A stretch of 64,000 bases of DNA from Pocillopora damicornis (Eukaryota): the NCBI RefSeq assembly GCF_003704095.1, contig NW_020847747.1, positions 434,001-498,000 of the forward strand. The letters are read 5' to 3'. Shown here one piece after another: positions 13,801 to 26,710 of the stretch (within the stretch, counting starts at the first letter, position 1; every line of letters starts with the position of its first letter). The position numbers were made by a program, and so were the translations under genes. The notes under the pieces are model-generated. The model was not told the DNA's origin and ran no database searches. It worked only from the letters and a program-made list of their open reading frames with translations.

Positions 13801-16493
13801 CGCGAAATTTACATCATAACAGTTATATTTTTAAACCTAAATTTCACACATTTTTTAAGAGTAAATGTTAGCTTCAATTCCATCAGGTCACAATGATTTA
13901 TGAGATATTTGCATAATCCTATGGATTTTGCTGGAGAATTTACCAATAAAACTATTTGTGTGTCTGCTCTTAAGCTTTTCATGCTCTTCAAAGCAAGGAT
14001 ACAGATTTCTAGAATGTTATAAAAAGTATAAAGAATGGCTTTGTGGTTAAGATAAGGTGATAAATTGATGCACACTGCTTAGAATTTATTCACAAACCCA
14101 CTTTTCAAGCAATGCACTTTGACACTGGCAAAGCCCATATTTGAGCTATATATTCGGAAGGGAAGTTCATTAATATTCTTAATATACTTGGAATTAAACC
14201 TGTTTAACACTGCTTTGGCGAAAGACTGGTATGTGCATTGAGTCTGCATTCTATTCCTTCTAGCAATGCAAAAGGAGACATTTCCCAAAAATTGGCCTTT
14301 TAATTTATCAAACTTCCTCAGAGAAATAAAGGAAATGAAGTAGTTTGTAAGCTTTTGACAACTGTATTTAACCCAGCTAAACCACAACTTGGAAAGACCA
14401 AACAATTCTGTAAATCCAATCCACAAGACACTATGTGGTTTAAATGGAAATTGGGGGATCAATATTCAATGCCCTAAGATCATAAAAAAAGCTATGACAA
14501 AACAAATATTAATATTAAAACTTCACTATTGCAAAACTTCATTACATATTCCTGTAAAAGGCGAAAGTTTTACTTAATAATTCACAACATTACCACTCCA
14601 ATAACGATCATACTACGAGAGAGATTGTTTCATTTCTTCTTTAATTTCCGATTTGTCTTCTTAGTTGGATTTATAAAATCATCGTCTTTTCGCTGCCAAT
14701 TTTCCCATGCAGTATACATTTTGGATATGAGATCGAACAAAGCCCGCGACATTAGTACTTCACTCGGTGGTAAGATATATACGGAGTTTGGGTAGCGCGT
14801 TCGCTGACCCGAGAAAACCGCGAAATTGGGAAAACAATCAACTTCACAATAAAAGAAATAACATATTCCATTCTGATTAATATCAATATTCAATAGCCGC
14901 GGGCAATCGCATACTGCGCAAAACAACAGTCGATTCTAAATTTAACATTCGCTTGTTATTACACTGAAGCAAAGAAGAAACTGGAGTGATTTGTGCGACC
15001 TCTGCTGACAAAGATAAACCTTCAGTGCAGTAATTACCCAACAACATGTGCTCTGAAATAAACGGTGCTGGTTCATCGTTAACCTCGATTGTTCGACAGA
15101 CATAAGCATACCCTGTCGGCTTTAAGAAAAGTTTACCAAATGAACACGTTGTAGAACCGAAAGCAGCTCAGAGCGGAAAGTAATTTAATACTAACGGTTT
15201 GGAAGACTTTGCCGAAATTACATCACGAACTATTCACAAACTCGATTGAGAGTAAAATCCTATTCAAGACGTACGGTTGGCCTCGCGAAGAATCGAGGTG
15301 TATCCATTAGAACTGCCACAGAAAGTACTAGTTCCTTGGATAGGCTCGATTCATGGGAGCTTATAACACCCAACCCGATAAATTTTAAGCCTGTTTTCTC
15401 GGACATTCCACAGAGGAGATAGAAAAGATAAGGTTACAGAGGCAGCTATCATTATTTACTTTGATAACTTCAAAATTTACGGTAAATCCTTCGATTCCAT
15501 CGTCTTTTCTGCCCACATGAATTAAATTAAGCGGCGCATAAAATTTTTGTAAAGCTATAAAAATCTTTAAGTAACTTAGCGTGTGTTCTTGTTTGGCGTA
15601 TTCAGGGATTACCTAAAACCGGAACGACAGAATATTTAGAGTGACATAATTATTGCTTCAGGCTTATGCGTAAAGTAGCATCAAGCATGCACATCGATGT
15701 TTACTTTTGAATTTTGTTCAATTTCCTGTGGACCAAGTCGGATCGACCTATATTGAAGAAAATGACCTTGTAAACGAAATGCTCGCGGTCACACCGATCC
15801 GCGATTAACTCGAAATAAAATAAACGTAGAGGCAAGTTTTTCTTCTCGAAATCAGCTTAACGTGAAGAGCGCGTGCATAAAAATCGCTGGTTTTTGTATA
15901 TTCGAAATGCCATTAGCAGATCCATTTTTCACTCAAACTTAATCCACACACTTTTAACACTTTGTACATTTTGTCGTAACTGACTCACCGTTAAATGCTT
16001 TTTCTTGAAGGTGGAACTGTCTCCTCATTTCGCTAACTTTCGACGAGACCGCTTTGTCAAAATCTTCGCTCGCAAAGACAGCGAAGCGATCTTCCATTTG
16101 CTGTGAGCAGCATTGCTTACCGTTGTCTTTCGGGCAGACGCGAAGGTCATCCCCTGATGTAAAGACAAAATGTGTTAGCGATAATATCAGAATTGAAGGC
16201 GAAATTTACTAAGTGATACCCCATGCCGAGAGAAGAATATTAACAAAACGTAGATATCACCGAGAATGGTCCGAAACAACCACATATTTACAAAGCTCAC
16301 AGAGTGTTGGTATGGCACACTTCATGCAGCACTGTATACCTTTCACAGCCCATTGCGGTACATCACTATCTGTCAGCCTTTTCTGTCTGTAGGCAGTCTT
16401 CACTGTAGCACAGGACGGTTCGTTATCGTTATCTTGACCAAAACCAGAAGAAACGGTGGCAAGCACAACAAGAAAGACGTAGAAAGAGACCAT
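7856..16493 (-). CDS. Glypican, complete; GPC1/2/4/6 (Dlp)-like
   Basis: Exons 16493-16340 (signal peptide MVSFYVFLVVLATVSSG, SCATVKTAY), 16153-15989 (DDLRVCP...CCSQQMEDR), 11114-10417 (YLECI, KPFG, LKYCSWCKALTSLKPCHQFCMDVHKGCLA, AIMNFQE), 9841-9708 (VFQVCGNP, furin-like RQRR), 9045-8911 (FWTSLPDMLC...ECWNG), 8285-7856 (EDDDESGSGSGDGSGGSG GAG site, GPI tail). Splice phases are consistent. Confidence 0.93.
8323..8706. mobile_element. TTAA-ended (piggyBac-like) MITE with internally duplicated core
   Basis: TTAACCCTTTAACTCCC ... GGAGTTGAAGGGGTTAA, with two tandem copies of the core (aattctccttact...ttggatcaa...). Related fragments at about 6410-6574 and 63796-63958. Confidence 0.75.
13048..13280. 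repeat. Imperfect tandem repeat of about 100-bp period in glypican intron
   Basis: gccaaaaatgaa...tgcaacatttctga.catt...aaaaattacaaa occurs twice, plus a partial third copy. Confidence 0.6.
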
Positions 16494-19400
16494 TGTTGAT
16501 AAAACTCCGAACGCAATCAACTGTGCTCTAAACACAAAATCTTGTCACTTCAAAGGTTTCACCGCACCACGTAATTCGTGAGTCGCTTGCAGTACGTTCG
16601 TCCACGCTTTCCGTCAAGTTGACCTAAAAGCTGCAACAATAAATGTTTGACTAAATCGTAACAGTGGGAAAGCAGTAAAACATAAATTCACCCGCTGAGC
16701 CTGTGATCGGAGTTCGCGCTAATTACTACGCTTGTTCCCGTTGACAAGCGTGGACAATTACACTTGGACATTACGTATTCTGAGGCGGGATCTTTTTTAC
16801 CGCTAACCAATCAAAATTCAAATATCGTGAATTCCACAAATCACCCAATTTATTTATATTTACATCCCCTAAGCCGAGTCTTTTTTTTAGCACAATGATT
16901 ACCAAAGAATTCCACATAGCAAACAACCAACAGGGACACAAAAAAGATTAAAGACTTATTAGAGGAAAACGAGTGCAAAAAAAATCAACTGCACGTTCAG
17001 CCCGCTAATTTCCGCATGCTTTAAACAAACTTGGTTAATTTAACAGATAAATACTCCAGTAATCGCATCAACGACGAAAAAAAAATCATTATAATAACAG
17101 TACGTCAGATCTTTTGTAAGAAAGGAAAATTAAGAGAAAGGCGTTGTATTGAAGTTTCTGTAAGACCAAGCACCATTTCAGGCGAAGGTGTTAATGGCTC
17201 TCTATCATCCCGAGGGTTTCTTTTTCCTTAAATCTCCTTCGTTTATAACGGTCTGGTCGAAATATTTTAACAGTAAATGTACAGCAAAGTCTGGATTTAC
17301 GCGTCTTTGTCACATCAGTAAAACAACATGATTTAATGCGACAACATTAACGAGTTTCAGTTCTTTTGTCTGAAGTAGAACAAAACTAAGGAAGTTATTA
17401 TCTTGAACTGCGCTGAACAGAAATTCAAAACTTTTAGAGAGGCGCATTTTTCAGCTGATTGTATCGATAAATGGATGGCACAAAAGCACCTTGCCATCGA
17501 TAATTGCATCGGAAACATACCTCTCTCGGTTAAATCTGCTTCGGAAAAGGGCTCAGTTTTTTTCGATCGCAAGTACCTTGAAAAGTGAAGTTTTGACTGT
17601 GACTCGGTAAAAAACAGAATTCCCACTTGTTAGCTAAATTTCATTGCTGAAAAAAACTCTTTCACACATACAAATCAAATCCAACCGCATATAAAATAAT
17701 TTACAGAGCAATTCGTAAAATGCACAGATAAGGATAGATGTAAGCTCTAATGTATTTTCTTTCCCTCGCCTGCTTACCTGCCCAAACCACTACCGACAGA
17801 AATTTTAATCAGTGTTTGCGCAATCGGGTAAATTCAGATAAGTTACTGATTAACTTTCCTCTTACTTAGTACAACAGTTAACTTTCATCCCATGTTTGTA
17901 TACTTGTGCCCTGAAAGGCTACCTCAGAAAATAAGTGGGATTAGGTAGGAAAGTACGTGACTATCCGGTGAACACAATGGCACAGAGCTATCATTTGTTT
18001 CTGTTAATGACGTACAACTCCCTTGGGTGGTAATTCAAACGGAATTTACACAGCAGAAAATTATTTGAATAATGAGCGGTTTGTAGGGAGGGTCTTTTTC
18101 AAAAGTTTTTCTTTACATTCCAGTGTAACAATTGAAACTTAAACAAAAACAAGCCCAAGCTTACGAATTGGGTGTATCACTCATTCAAACAGGGAAACAG
18201 GCAGTTCTTATTCTGGCCACACTGGAATTCCGCTCTTAAAATTGAAATAAAGTACTAAACTGATCTTAACTAAAGAATGTTGATTTAGTTACAATAAGCT
18301 GAATTTTAGCCATTATAAGGATTCCTAAGGCAACCAAAATCTAAATGTGCCACCTTACAATATTTTGCAAGGTAACTTCTTTTCGCTCTCCCTAATATTT
18401 TAGTGCTATATCTGCACATTTCATTGCACTTGGCGCATCTGTGATTCAGCATTTTATCAAATCTTTACGTGAAACCAGACCCCAGTCCATTAAAGTTTTA
18501 AACCCCAACAGAATTATATTCTTTTATCTTCAGTAAGAGGCTTTAACTCAATAAGGGGCCTTTTATTTAGCTTTAACGAATAGTTAACGTCTAGTACTTT
18601 CTTCTCAGTGTATGGATTTGACTGATACATTAATTACAATCAAGCGTTTGGTATTAAATTGAAAAACAGGCACCTTGGAAAAAAAAAGGTAAATCTCACT
18701 GATTGCAAAACCGAAGTAATTTCACTCAGTTGGCAATCATCAGAAAAATTTTTTTTATATCTTTCACAACAGAAGCTTGAGATAATTTAGTTCATTTTTT
18801 TCCTTAGAAATCAACCTTTACAAGACTCAGCTTGTAAGGACAGCAGATAGTGGCATTCGATAAAAGTTCGCTGAAGTCAGCAACAAATTTGACAGGTGGT
18901 GAACAGGATGATTATGCAATATGGAAATAGTGGAAAACCATGCTAGAAAAGGTTGGCTTTGTTTCAAAGCAACACGTGTAACTTGATAACCTTTCGCTTG
19001 CCACACAACACATGGTGGGGGCAAATAAAAAAGATTACGGACAATTTTGTCTTCAAAGGATACAGCTAAGGTCAATCCTTTAATCAACAGGCCGATGCCC
19101 CTTCAGCTCTTATTTTTCTTTCTTCAACAAGACACTATGTTTGTCTCCTGATTTGAGTTCATCTGAAAGGTCGGCCCTAATTTAACTGTCCTTCGGTTAA
19201 TCTAACATATGTTCCGGCGCGCAATTTATGGCAATGTATCCTCGCAAATCATAAAACAAACACGAAGTTGCAGGTCATTCTGGATTTTCATATTTTCTTG
19301 AAGTAAGCTTTGAGATAAGAGAAGCCGCGGGAAAACTTCTCGAAATTTCATGTTTCCGGCTTTCGTGGGTCAAAGATTGGTCGTGGGAAACCCATTTTTC

Positions 19401-20076
19401 GACGACGTGCGCTTTAAAATGGTTTTCTGGCAATAAACTTCATCCAGTAGTCAACATTCTTTTAAAAGTAGTATCATATTTTCAATACCGCGCGTTCGGT
19501 AATTAATTGAGGTGGTATCAGATACCACGAAATTCCCTGTCAATAACCATGTCAGGTAATGGTGTAAAATTAAAATAGAAAATAATATCTTTAACCAGCC
19601 AGACAGAACAACCGGCTTGTTGCTTAGCAAGCACACATGGAAGGGGCAGATATTTGAGCTTACTCTATGCGCTGATAACACACGCTTGAGAAACCGCGTG
19701 TTGTAGTCGATATCTCGTCCTGCGTTATCGCCGGAACTGCTCTGTTTTTCTTATTTGAAAAAACTGGATCATAATTTACCAGGCTAAACGTTTCGAAATA
19801 AACTGAAACTGCTACTGACTGAAGGTTGAAAAGGAAACATCTGTTTTCTAACTCAGTATCATCCCGTATTCACATCTAAAGTTTGACGATACTGCTCTCT
19901 TTTTTTTCTGGCAGATATCCTGAACTCTCAGGTCTGCTCCGATCGCATGATTGCAATTTTACTCGAGATCCGAGTACTCCCGAGAGGTTATTTCCGTCCT
20001 AACCGATTAGGAAACGTGGGAGGACAAGTATTTCCGAACTATGGGCGAGGTTGGAGAGAGAACTGACAAGTGCAAG

Positions 20077-20117
20077 NNNNNNNNNNNNNNNNNNNNNNNN
20101 NNNNNNNNNNNNNNNNN
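20077..20117. other. Assembly gap (41 N)
   Basis: Run of N. Confidence 1.
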
Positions 20118-23100
20118 GGAAATTGATAATCTGGCAGCTTCTTTCTGTACATTAAATCAAAATATATTGAAAACACCTGAAATGAAATCTTTATTAAGTG
20201 AGTTAAATAGATAAAAGATGCATTTGTGTAAAAAATTTGGTATCCAAAATTAGAATTAAGTTATTCAATACTTCCTAGCACTTGAATCTTTGATATAAAT
20301 AGTAGTCTATGGCATTCGTATCGGAAACTTGTGTAACTTCTTAAACTTTCAAGTTACTCAAGTTTCCCTGTGAAGTTCCCTAAATAACAATGTTGTTTCA
20401 TTCGACATCTGGTGAAAAATTTCAAACAATAAGAATTATAGCAAAAAATGCAAACGTTCTTCGACACAGTTCGCTTCTAGATCCGATTACATTAATATTA
20501 AAAGATTTCCTTATCTATAAAATTCATCTAAATCTTTATGCCGGATTGACGGTCAGAATGCAGACTGAGCAATATAAATACTGTGGCAGTATCCAAGTTG
20601 TATTTATGAGAGCATTTTTATCTTGCACGCCTCTCAGCAACATATCAACGGGACACGAATGAGTTCTGCAGCTAAGAGATCTCTAGGACCTCATAAGTAA
20701 CTAAAAATTCATTCTTATCTGCGGGTTGCAATTTCAAAATCTCCTGTCTAAGAGCCTTTATAAGATATGATCCGTCCTCGGGCCGCTCAGAACTAACATC
20801 GTTTTGAAAAAAAAAAAGATTCCTTTTTTCTTTTTTCCGGTTTCAAAGGCCCTAGAAGAGGGAAAACCAAGGGAGCGGTCCCATCTGAAGAAAGGAAACT
20901 TGCGCAATACTCCGTTTGTAATCAAAGAGAATCGTTAAGCCAAGAAAACACTTCCAAACACTCATGGACGTGCTGTCTATAATATTTCAAGCAGGATTTG
21001 AATTGACTGCATGGTCAATTGTCGTGATGCCCGAGGCAATATGGTAAATTAGGGCGGACAAACTTGTCTGTCATTTATCACTTTAATGATGGCCTCTCAA
21101 GAAACTGAAAGCAAAGACATTTTTATTATGATTAGTTGTTATGTCAGTTAATGGTTACCTCGGCTGGACAAACACACTTAGACTCCACTTACAGAGAGGA
21201 CAGACATTTAAGAGCAGGCAATTAACAATTCGTTCCATTGTTGTGAACCTTCACCGCGGACGCAAACTGATATACTTCGCAAATTTCGCTGCGAAGAGTT
21301 GGCTTAAATTCTTGAAAGGATTTGGGAACATTTCCTCCATGTTGACGAATACCTACTTCATAGAAAATAAACGACAGCAAATTTTTACAATCTTTATGTT
21401 GACTGTTCTTTATTAGGTCATTTAGGAATGGTTTATTGATTTCAAATGATTTTAGCGGGAACTTTTTTAATAAATATTTCTAACGTGACCATGAAAATTA
21501 AACCGTTAAATGATAGCTCTCGGGAGCCATCGTAAGGATAAAAGTGTAATCAAAGGGCGGCGAAATCGCGTGCTTATATGAAAATGAATGTTAAACATCA
21601 AAACTACTCTGTCATTTTATATACAAACAATCTCTACAAAAATATTTCAAGCTTTTTTGAAGACCCTGTCAGCCTGAAGCGTACATGACAAAACAAGAAA
21701 CTTAACAGAAATCTTCGTTCATATCTTAACTAAACTTTTTAAGTACGTAGCAACGCTGCGGCACTCAGAATGTTTTCATAAATAGATCGATAAACGTCAA
21801 ACCTCAGGCAGTCAAGCGTTCGAATTCAGGACATTTGTCTGATAATTTGTCTGGAAGAAAGAATGAAACCTACAAACATGAAAAAAATATCACGATATTT
21901 TCAACTGATTGCAGTCTCTTTGATGGTATGGATAACGTTTTAAATGTGGGGTCTCCTTCGTTGTCAATTAGTACCGATTACAGAACTTAGCAGACAATTT
22001 AACTAACTTGCGCGGTGAGTTCACAAGCTATTTTTGACGTACCATCGAAAACCATCGCATTATTGGTAAGATTAATTTTGCTCTGCAGCAATGACTCAGT
22101 CTTGACATTTGAGGGAAGATAAACGGAAATATCGTTTCTCTTTTCGCAATGGCCGTGTTACTGTAAAATAATTCAATTGCTTCTGAAGAAAGAAAAACAG
22201 ATTTTTAAGTGTTTATTCCAAATAGGAATCATTGCGTGATTGGAGTTTTCAAATCCATCTTCTCACTGACACATTTTGCCTAGGGGTTAAATGAATAACA
22301 GACAAGAAAGCGGATTAACTGTGATTTTTATACCTCGATAATCACATAACGCATAACTTGCAGACCTCATGCTGAAAGGTTTCAGATTAATAAAATTGTT
22401 TACTCACTTACTCATTCCACTTCAAGTATAAAAGGATAGAGGCTCCTCTGGACCTTTTCCAGCGACGTCAAATCTCAAGAAGAATAAACAGAGAAAAAAA
22501 GTTTCCCGAGCTTTGAGAAGCAATAACAATTTTTTTTTGGAAGGGGAGCGGCGGCTTGGGGCCATCTTCAGAACCAAGAAGTTTTTTAGGAGTTTTTCGA
22601 AATCTACACTGGTTCGCCATTTTTTTTTTCTTTAAAGCTGGAAATACTTTCATTTGTGTCGGTGTGTTGTTACGGTACGTACGCCAGCAAAATCGTGCAA
22701 GGTGCTGAAATTATCCAATCAGTGTGAATAAGTTGATTTTTAATCCAATCAGTTGCAATGACGAAAATAGAAAGAAACAAACGTGCACGATTCAACTTCT
22801 GAGCGTGTTCCAGCATTCTTGATTTACCAGCGAGTCAATCATGACAGAGGAACCAATGAACGCTCTATGATATTTGATCGGCCGTGTGGAAAATTTGGGA
22901 AGAAGCGCTGTATTTACAAGTTATGCCGTTACCATGATGACGCGAGACAGGTAGCTATAAATAACATTATAATAATTATTATTCTTATCAATAAAAATAG
23001 CCTATTACATTTTTTTATTTTATAAACATAATTATCAATCATCCTGCACTACTATTATCATCATCATCCTTATCGTTATAATTATTTTTATTATTATTAG

Positions 23101-26100
23101 TATCATCATTATCATTCCTATTATTATTAACATGTCTTCCTCTTCAGCCTCTATGGTATTTTTGTGCAATTTCTCAGCTCCGTTCTTTAGCCTGAAGTCA
23201 AACCTTTATCCCCTGCACCTAAGCTCTTTCAAGCAGTGATGAAACTATTTATTAAGAAAACTGGATAAGAAACAAACCTCATGATGATTCCTTGCTGGAA
23301 GGGAATTAGGCGATCAAAATACCACACACCTGGATGAGAGAAGGTCATGCAGATACAATTTTTTTTTCTGCACTAACTCGCTTTCATCATTAAATCGTAG
23401 AACTCTGAAACCAAAGTTCCCAAAACAGGTAATGAAGATCGAGGGAACGAACTGAGTGGACAGCGGTAAATTATTTGTGTTTTAACTGATACAGATTTGT
23501 GAAAGCAGACAATTACTGAGCTTGAATTAAAAAAAAGGAAAAAAAACGCAAACGCAATTTTCGCTATTTGATTTTCATAAATCAATATTCCGTTGATATG
23601 TTAACAACAATGATTACTTTTTTCAAATCACCACCATTTAATTTAATAAGCTGCAGTTTTTGACTGTAAACGTTTCCTCTGTTTGTTTTGTAGCTGTTGT
23701 ACTGGTCTGTGAAATAAAAGTTAGTAATGACAGGAAGCAAAAGGGCTTGACGAAATTAGAATCAGGCTTTCTCTTGGCCTGTAGGATCTGGATTAAACGT
23801 GATTTAGTAAATACCGATAAACCGCATTTGTAAACATCAATCCTAACCGACGGAAATCCTATTTTCTGATTCTTTTAGTTGTTAAAATTTCTCTGCTTGT
23901 GAGAAATACGATTATTGGACTACCCATTGTCTAATAATTAGTAAAGATGCGCCGGCCCTTGCTGTTTTTGTCTCAACGACTTCAACACTTAAGTTAACTC
24001 GATACGAATCGAGAAAAAAGAATCGCCAATTGACGTAAAAACATAGGAGTCACTTTTTAATCTTCTTGTGGTTCACCGAGAAAAAAAAGGAGATTGCACT
24101 GAGATGAAAAATTAAACCTCAAACTTGATAAATATCCCACAAGACGAAGTAGTGCTAAAATAAACGGAAATATACTGGGTTTGCTGATCCGATATTTAGT
24201 AATTATCGCCTTTGTGGGTGTTGGAGCCGGGTAACCGGGTTTTCCTGCCATTAATCAAACGAAAAAAAAAAAACACTCTCAGTGGCTTCCTGGATATTAA
24301 CTGAGAAAGATGACCATAAACAATAATTTAGTTATCATTCTAACCTCATCGACATTTCTAGGACCACATTTCGTTCCCATGCTTTCGACTTAGTTAATTG
24401 TCCTACAAATTGCACCACGGTGAGTAAACCAACACTGACTTAAGTTCAAATGAAGATCTTCCATAAAACCAGATAATAATAACCACAAATTTAATATCTT
24501 TATTTAATCCGTGTATCTATTTTTGCACCATTTAAAGTCTATTCCATTGGAAAGTGACGATAAAAAAACCTTTTTACACTGTCTTGCTGACACATTCATA
24601 ACATTACTAAAATGTCTGAAGACATTGTAAGAAATTTCCTTCCGATAACCCCCTTTCCATCAATCATCTCACTGATAAAACGTTGCTTCGTTGGTACGTT
24701 GCTTCATTTTGTATATTTTGTTCCTGTTTTTAACCTTCTTCTTTACAGCTTTTTTTATAAGGGTTTTTGCTATTACTGCCAAGTGTGTACAGGTAATTTC
24801 CTCTTTCTGAAGCACCTACTATAGTTTGAATTGTAAATGTTTCCTTCGATTCCTATATTAGTCAACTTGGTATCATTCTTGCACCGTATAAATAATTTTG
24901 CAAACACAGTTTCGGCAAAAAAAAAAACCGGCCATTCCGCATATAAAATGGTTTCCAATTCCCTTAAGATTGGGTTTCCTCTGCGTGAGAAGTGACATGC
25001 ACACTTTCTAAACAACGCCGCTTAAGTATGACGCCTTCCTTCCTCGACCGATCTTCTCATATCGTTGGAAGCTTGGCGTATCATCCTGTCCGCCGGCGAG
25101 GGGTTTGTCCTTCACCTTTAGCTGTTATTCGCGTTCAGGCAGGCAATCTGATGGAAAAAACTATAAATAATAATAATATTAACTAAATCAGTCTTACCAC
25201 AAACCGAATTTAAGTGAAAGTTACCAACAGATTCCAGTATCATATTACCGATTAGTTACACACACTTTCCCTTAGCTATACGGTGTACAAATACTTCAGG
25301 TTTTCGAGATAAATCTCGCTCGAAGAAGAAATCATAACATAAAACAGCCAAGTGCCTTCATGTCAGGCCATATGGTCCTAATTATCTTTTATTAAAATTT
25401 TAAATTAACATATGTTCTCTTCTGTTGACGTGAAGCAAATAGTCCAGTATTATTACACAGTACATCTAATATTGTCGTCGCTGAAGGTATATAGTCAAGT
25501 TGTCAAACATTTGTTTTGAATTTAATTATTTTTTAATGACTCCTGTTTCGTGAGCTGAATGAAAATGGTTTTTCGTCTCAGGAGTCCTGCTAAGTGTTGG
25601 CTTACAAGGATGTGGTGAGTGTTTTTTCCTTTGATTCAGCTTTTTCTTGTGTTTTTTGCATGTATTATCACAGAGTGAACACTTTCTTCACTGACACGTC
25701 TACACGAAAAGATCACTTTGAGTCGATCTCCGCCTCTCGTTCATGGTTCCTAGGTCATATTTTCTAAAACAATAAGCTTAGGGGGAGACCTTCTTAAGGA
25801 TGATCGGCCTCTATAAAGCGGACACCGAAAGGGGATCGTAAGAGGAGACTTAACTTAACTAATGTTGTGTGGCAATATCCTTTAAATCTCTTTGATCCAA
25901 AACCAAGCGCAATATCAACCCCCTCGACGTCTATTTTTATGTTTTTACAGTTGCATCCCAAACAAACAATTAAAGGAGTTGTCATGGGAAGTCAATTTCT
26001 TTATTATTATTTGCGGAAAGCCCCTTAGCGATGTGATGATCTCTTTTTTCGCATGATTAATCTGAAACATATGATCGCTGAAGAATAAAATGTCATAAAT

Positions 26101-26170
26101 AGACATGGTTTGATGCAACTCTGGTTTACAGATTTAATGAATGTAACCGAAGAAGTTACAATTCATAAAT

Positions 26171-26211
26171 CCAACGTTTCGACACTCCTGTCTAGTGCCT
26201 TCATCAGGGGT
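26171..26211 (-). ncRNA. Putative minimal type I hammerhead ribozyme motif (inverted copy)
   Basis: Minus strand reads ACCC CTGATGA A GGCACT agacagg AGTGTC GAAA CGTT GG, with palindromic AACGTT at the stem III position. Confidence 0.55.
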
Positions 26212-26273
26212 GATCTAAACGCTGCTACAAGAGGTCCGTTGATATGATCACTAATTGTTGCAGCGTTTCGATC

Positions 26274-26316
26274 ACCCCTGATGAAGGCACTAAACAGGAG
26301 TGTCGAAATGTTGGGT
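26274..26316 (+). ncRNA. Putative minimal type I hammerhead ribozyme motif
   Basis: ACCC CTGATGA A GGCACT aaacagg AGTGTC GAAA TGTT GGGT: stem I ACCC/GGGT, 6-bp stem II, catalytic core boxes present. Confidence 0.55.
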
Positions 26317-26710
26317 CTATTGTAACTTCTTCGGTTACATTCATTAAATCTGTAAACCAGAGTAGCATCAAACCATGTCTGATTGTTCACCTGGTTGCCG
26401 TGTGAACTTTAATATGTCATAGGTAGTTAAATTTTTTTTATCTTTGTTCCAAGAGAGTAAACTATGTAGATGCACAAGTTAACTTACCGTTACATTGCAT
26501 GAGAGAAAAGACTGGCTCCAAAACTAACATACCACGATACAAGATGAACTGACAAAAACAGCATGAAAAGTTGTAGTTACAAGCTGCAATAAATAAAAGG
26601 TAGTCCCAGGAAGTTGTGTGAATACCGATTTAAATTTCTATTGCCGGAAGGTTTTCTTGTCCGTGTTTGGTTTGTCTGTAATAAGACTGGTGCCGAAGAA
26701 AGTAGTCATC

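Larger units (their letters stand above)
26101..26380. mobile_element. Long palindrome (about 130-bp arms) with an inverted pair of Penelope-type minimal hammerhead motifs
   Basis: 26101-26230 is the near-perfect reverse complement of 26255-26380. Each arm contains CTGATGA-A-GGCACT/AGTGTC-GAAA. Confidence 0.8.

Noticed and set aside
17000-26000. Numerous 60-90 aa ORFs
   Set aside because: No domain motifs, consistent splice chains or coding-like composition.
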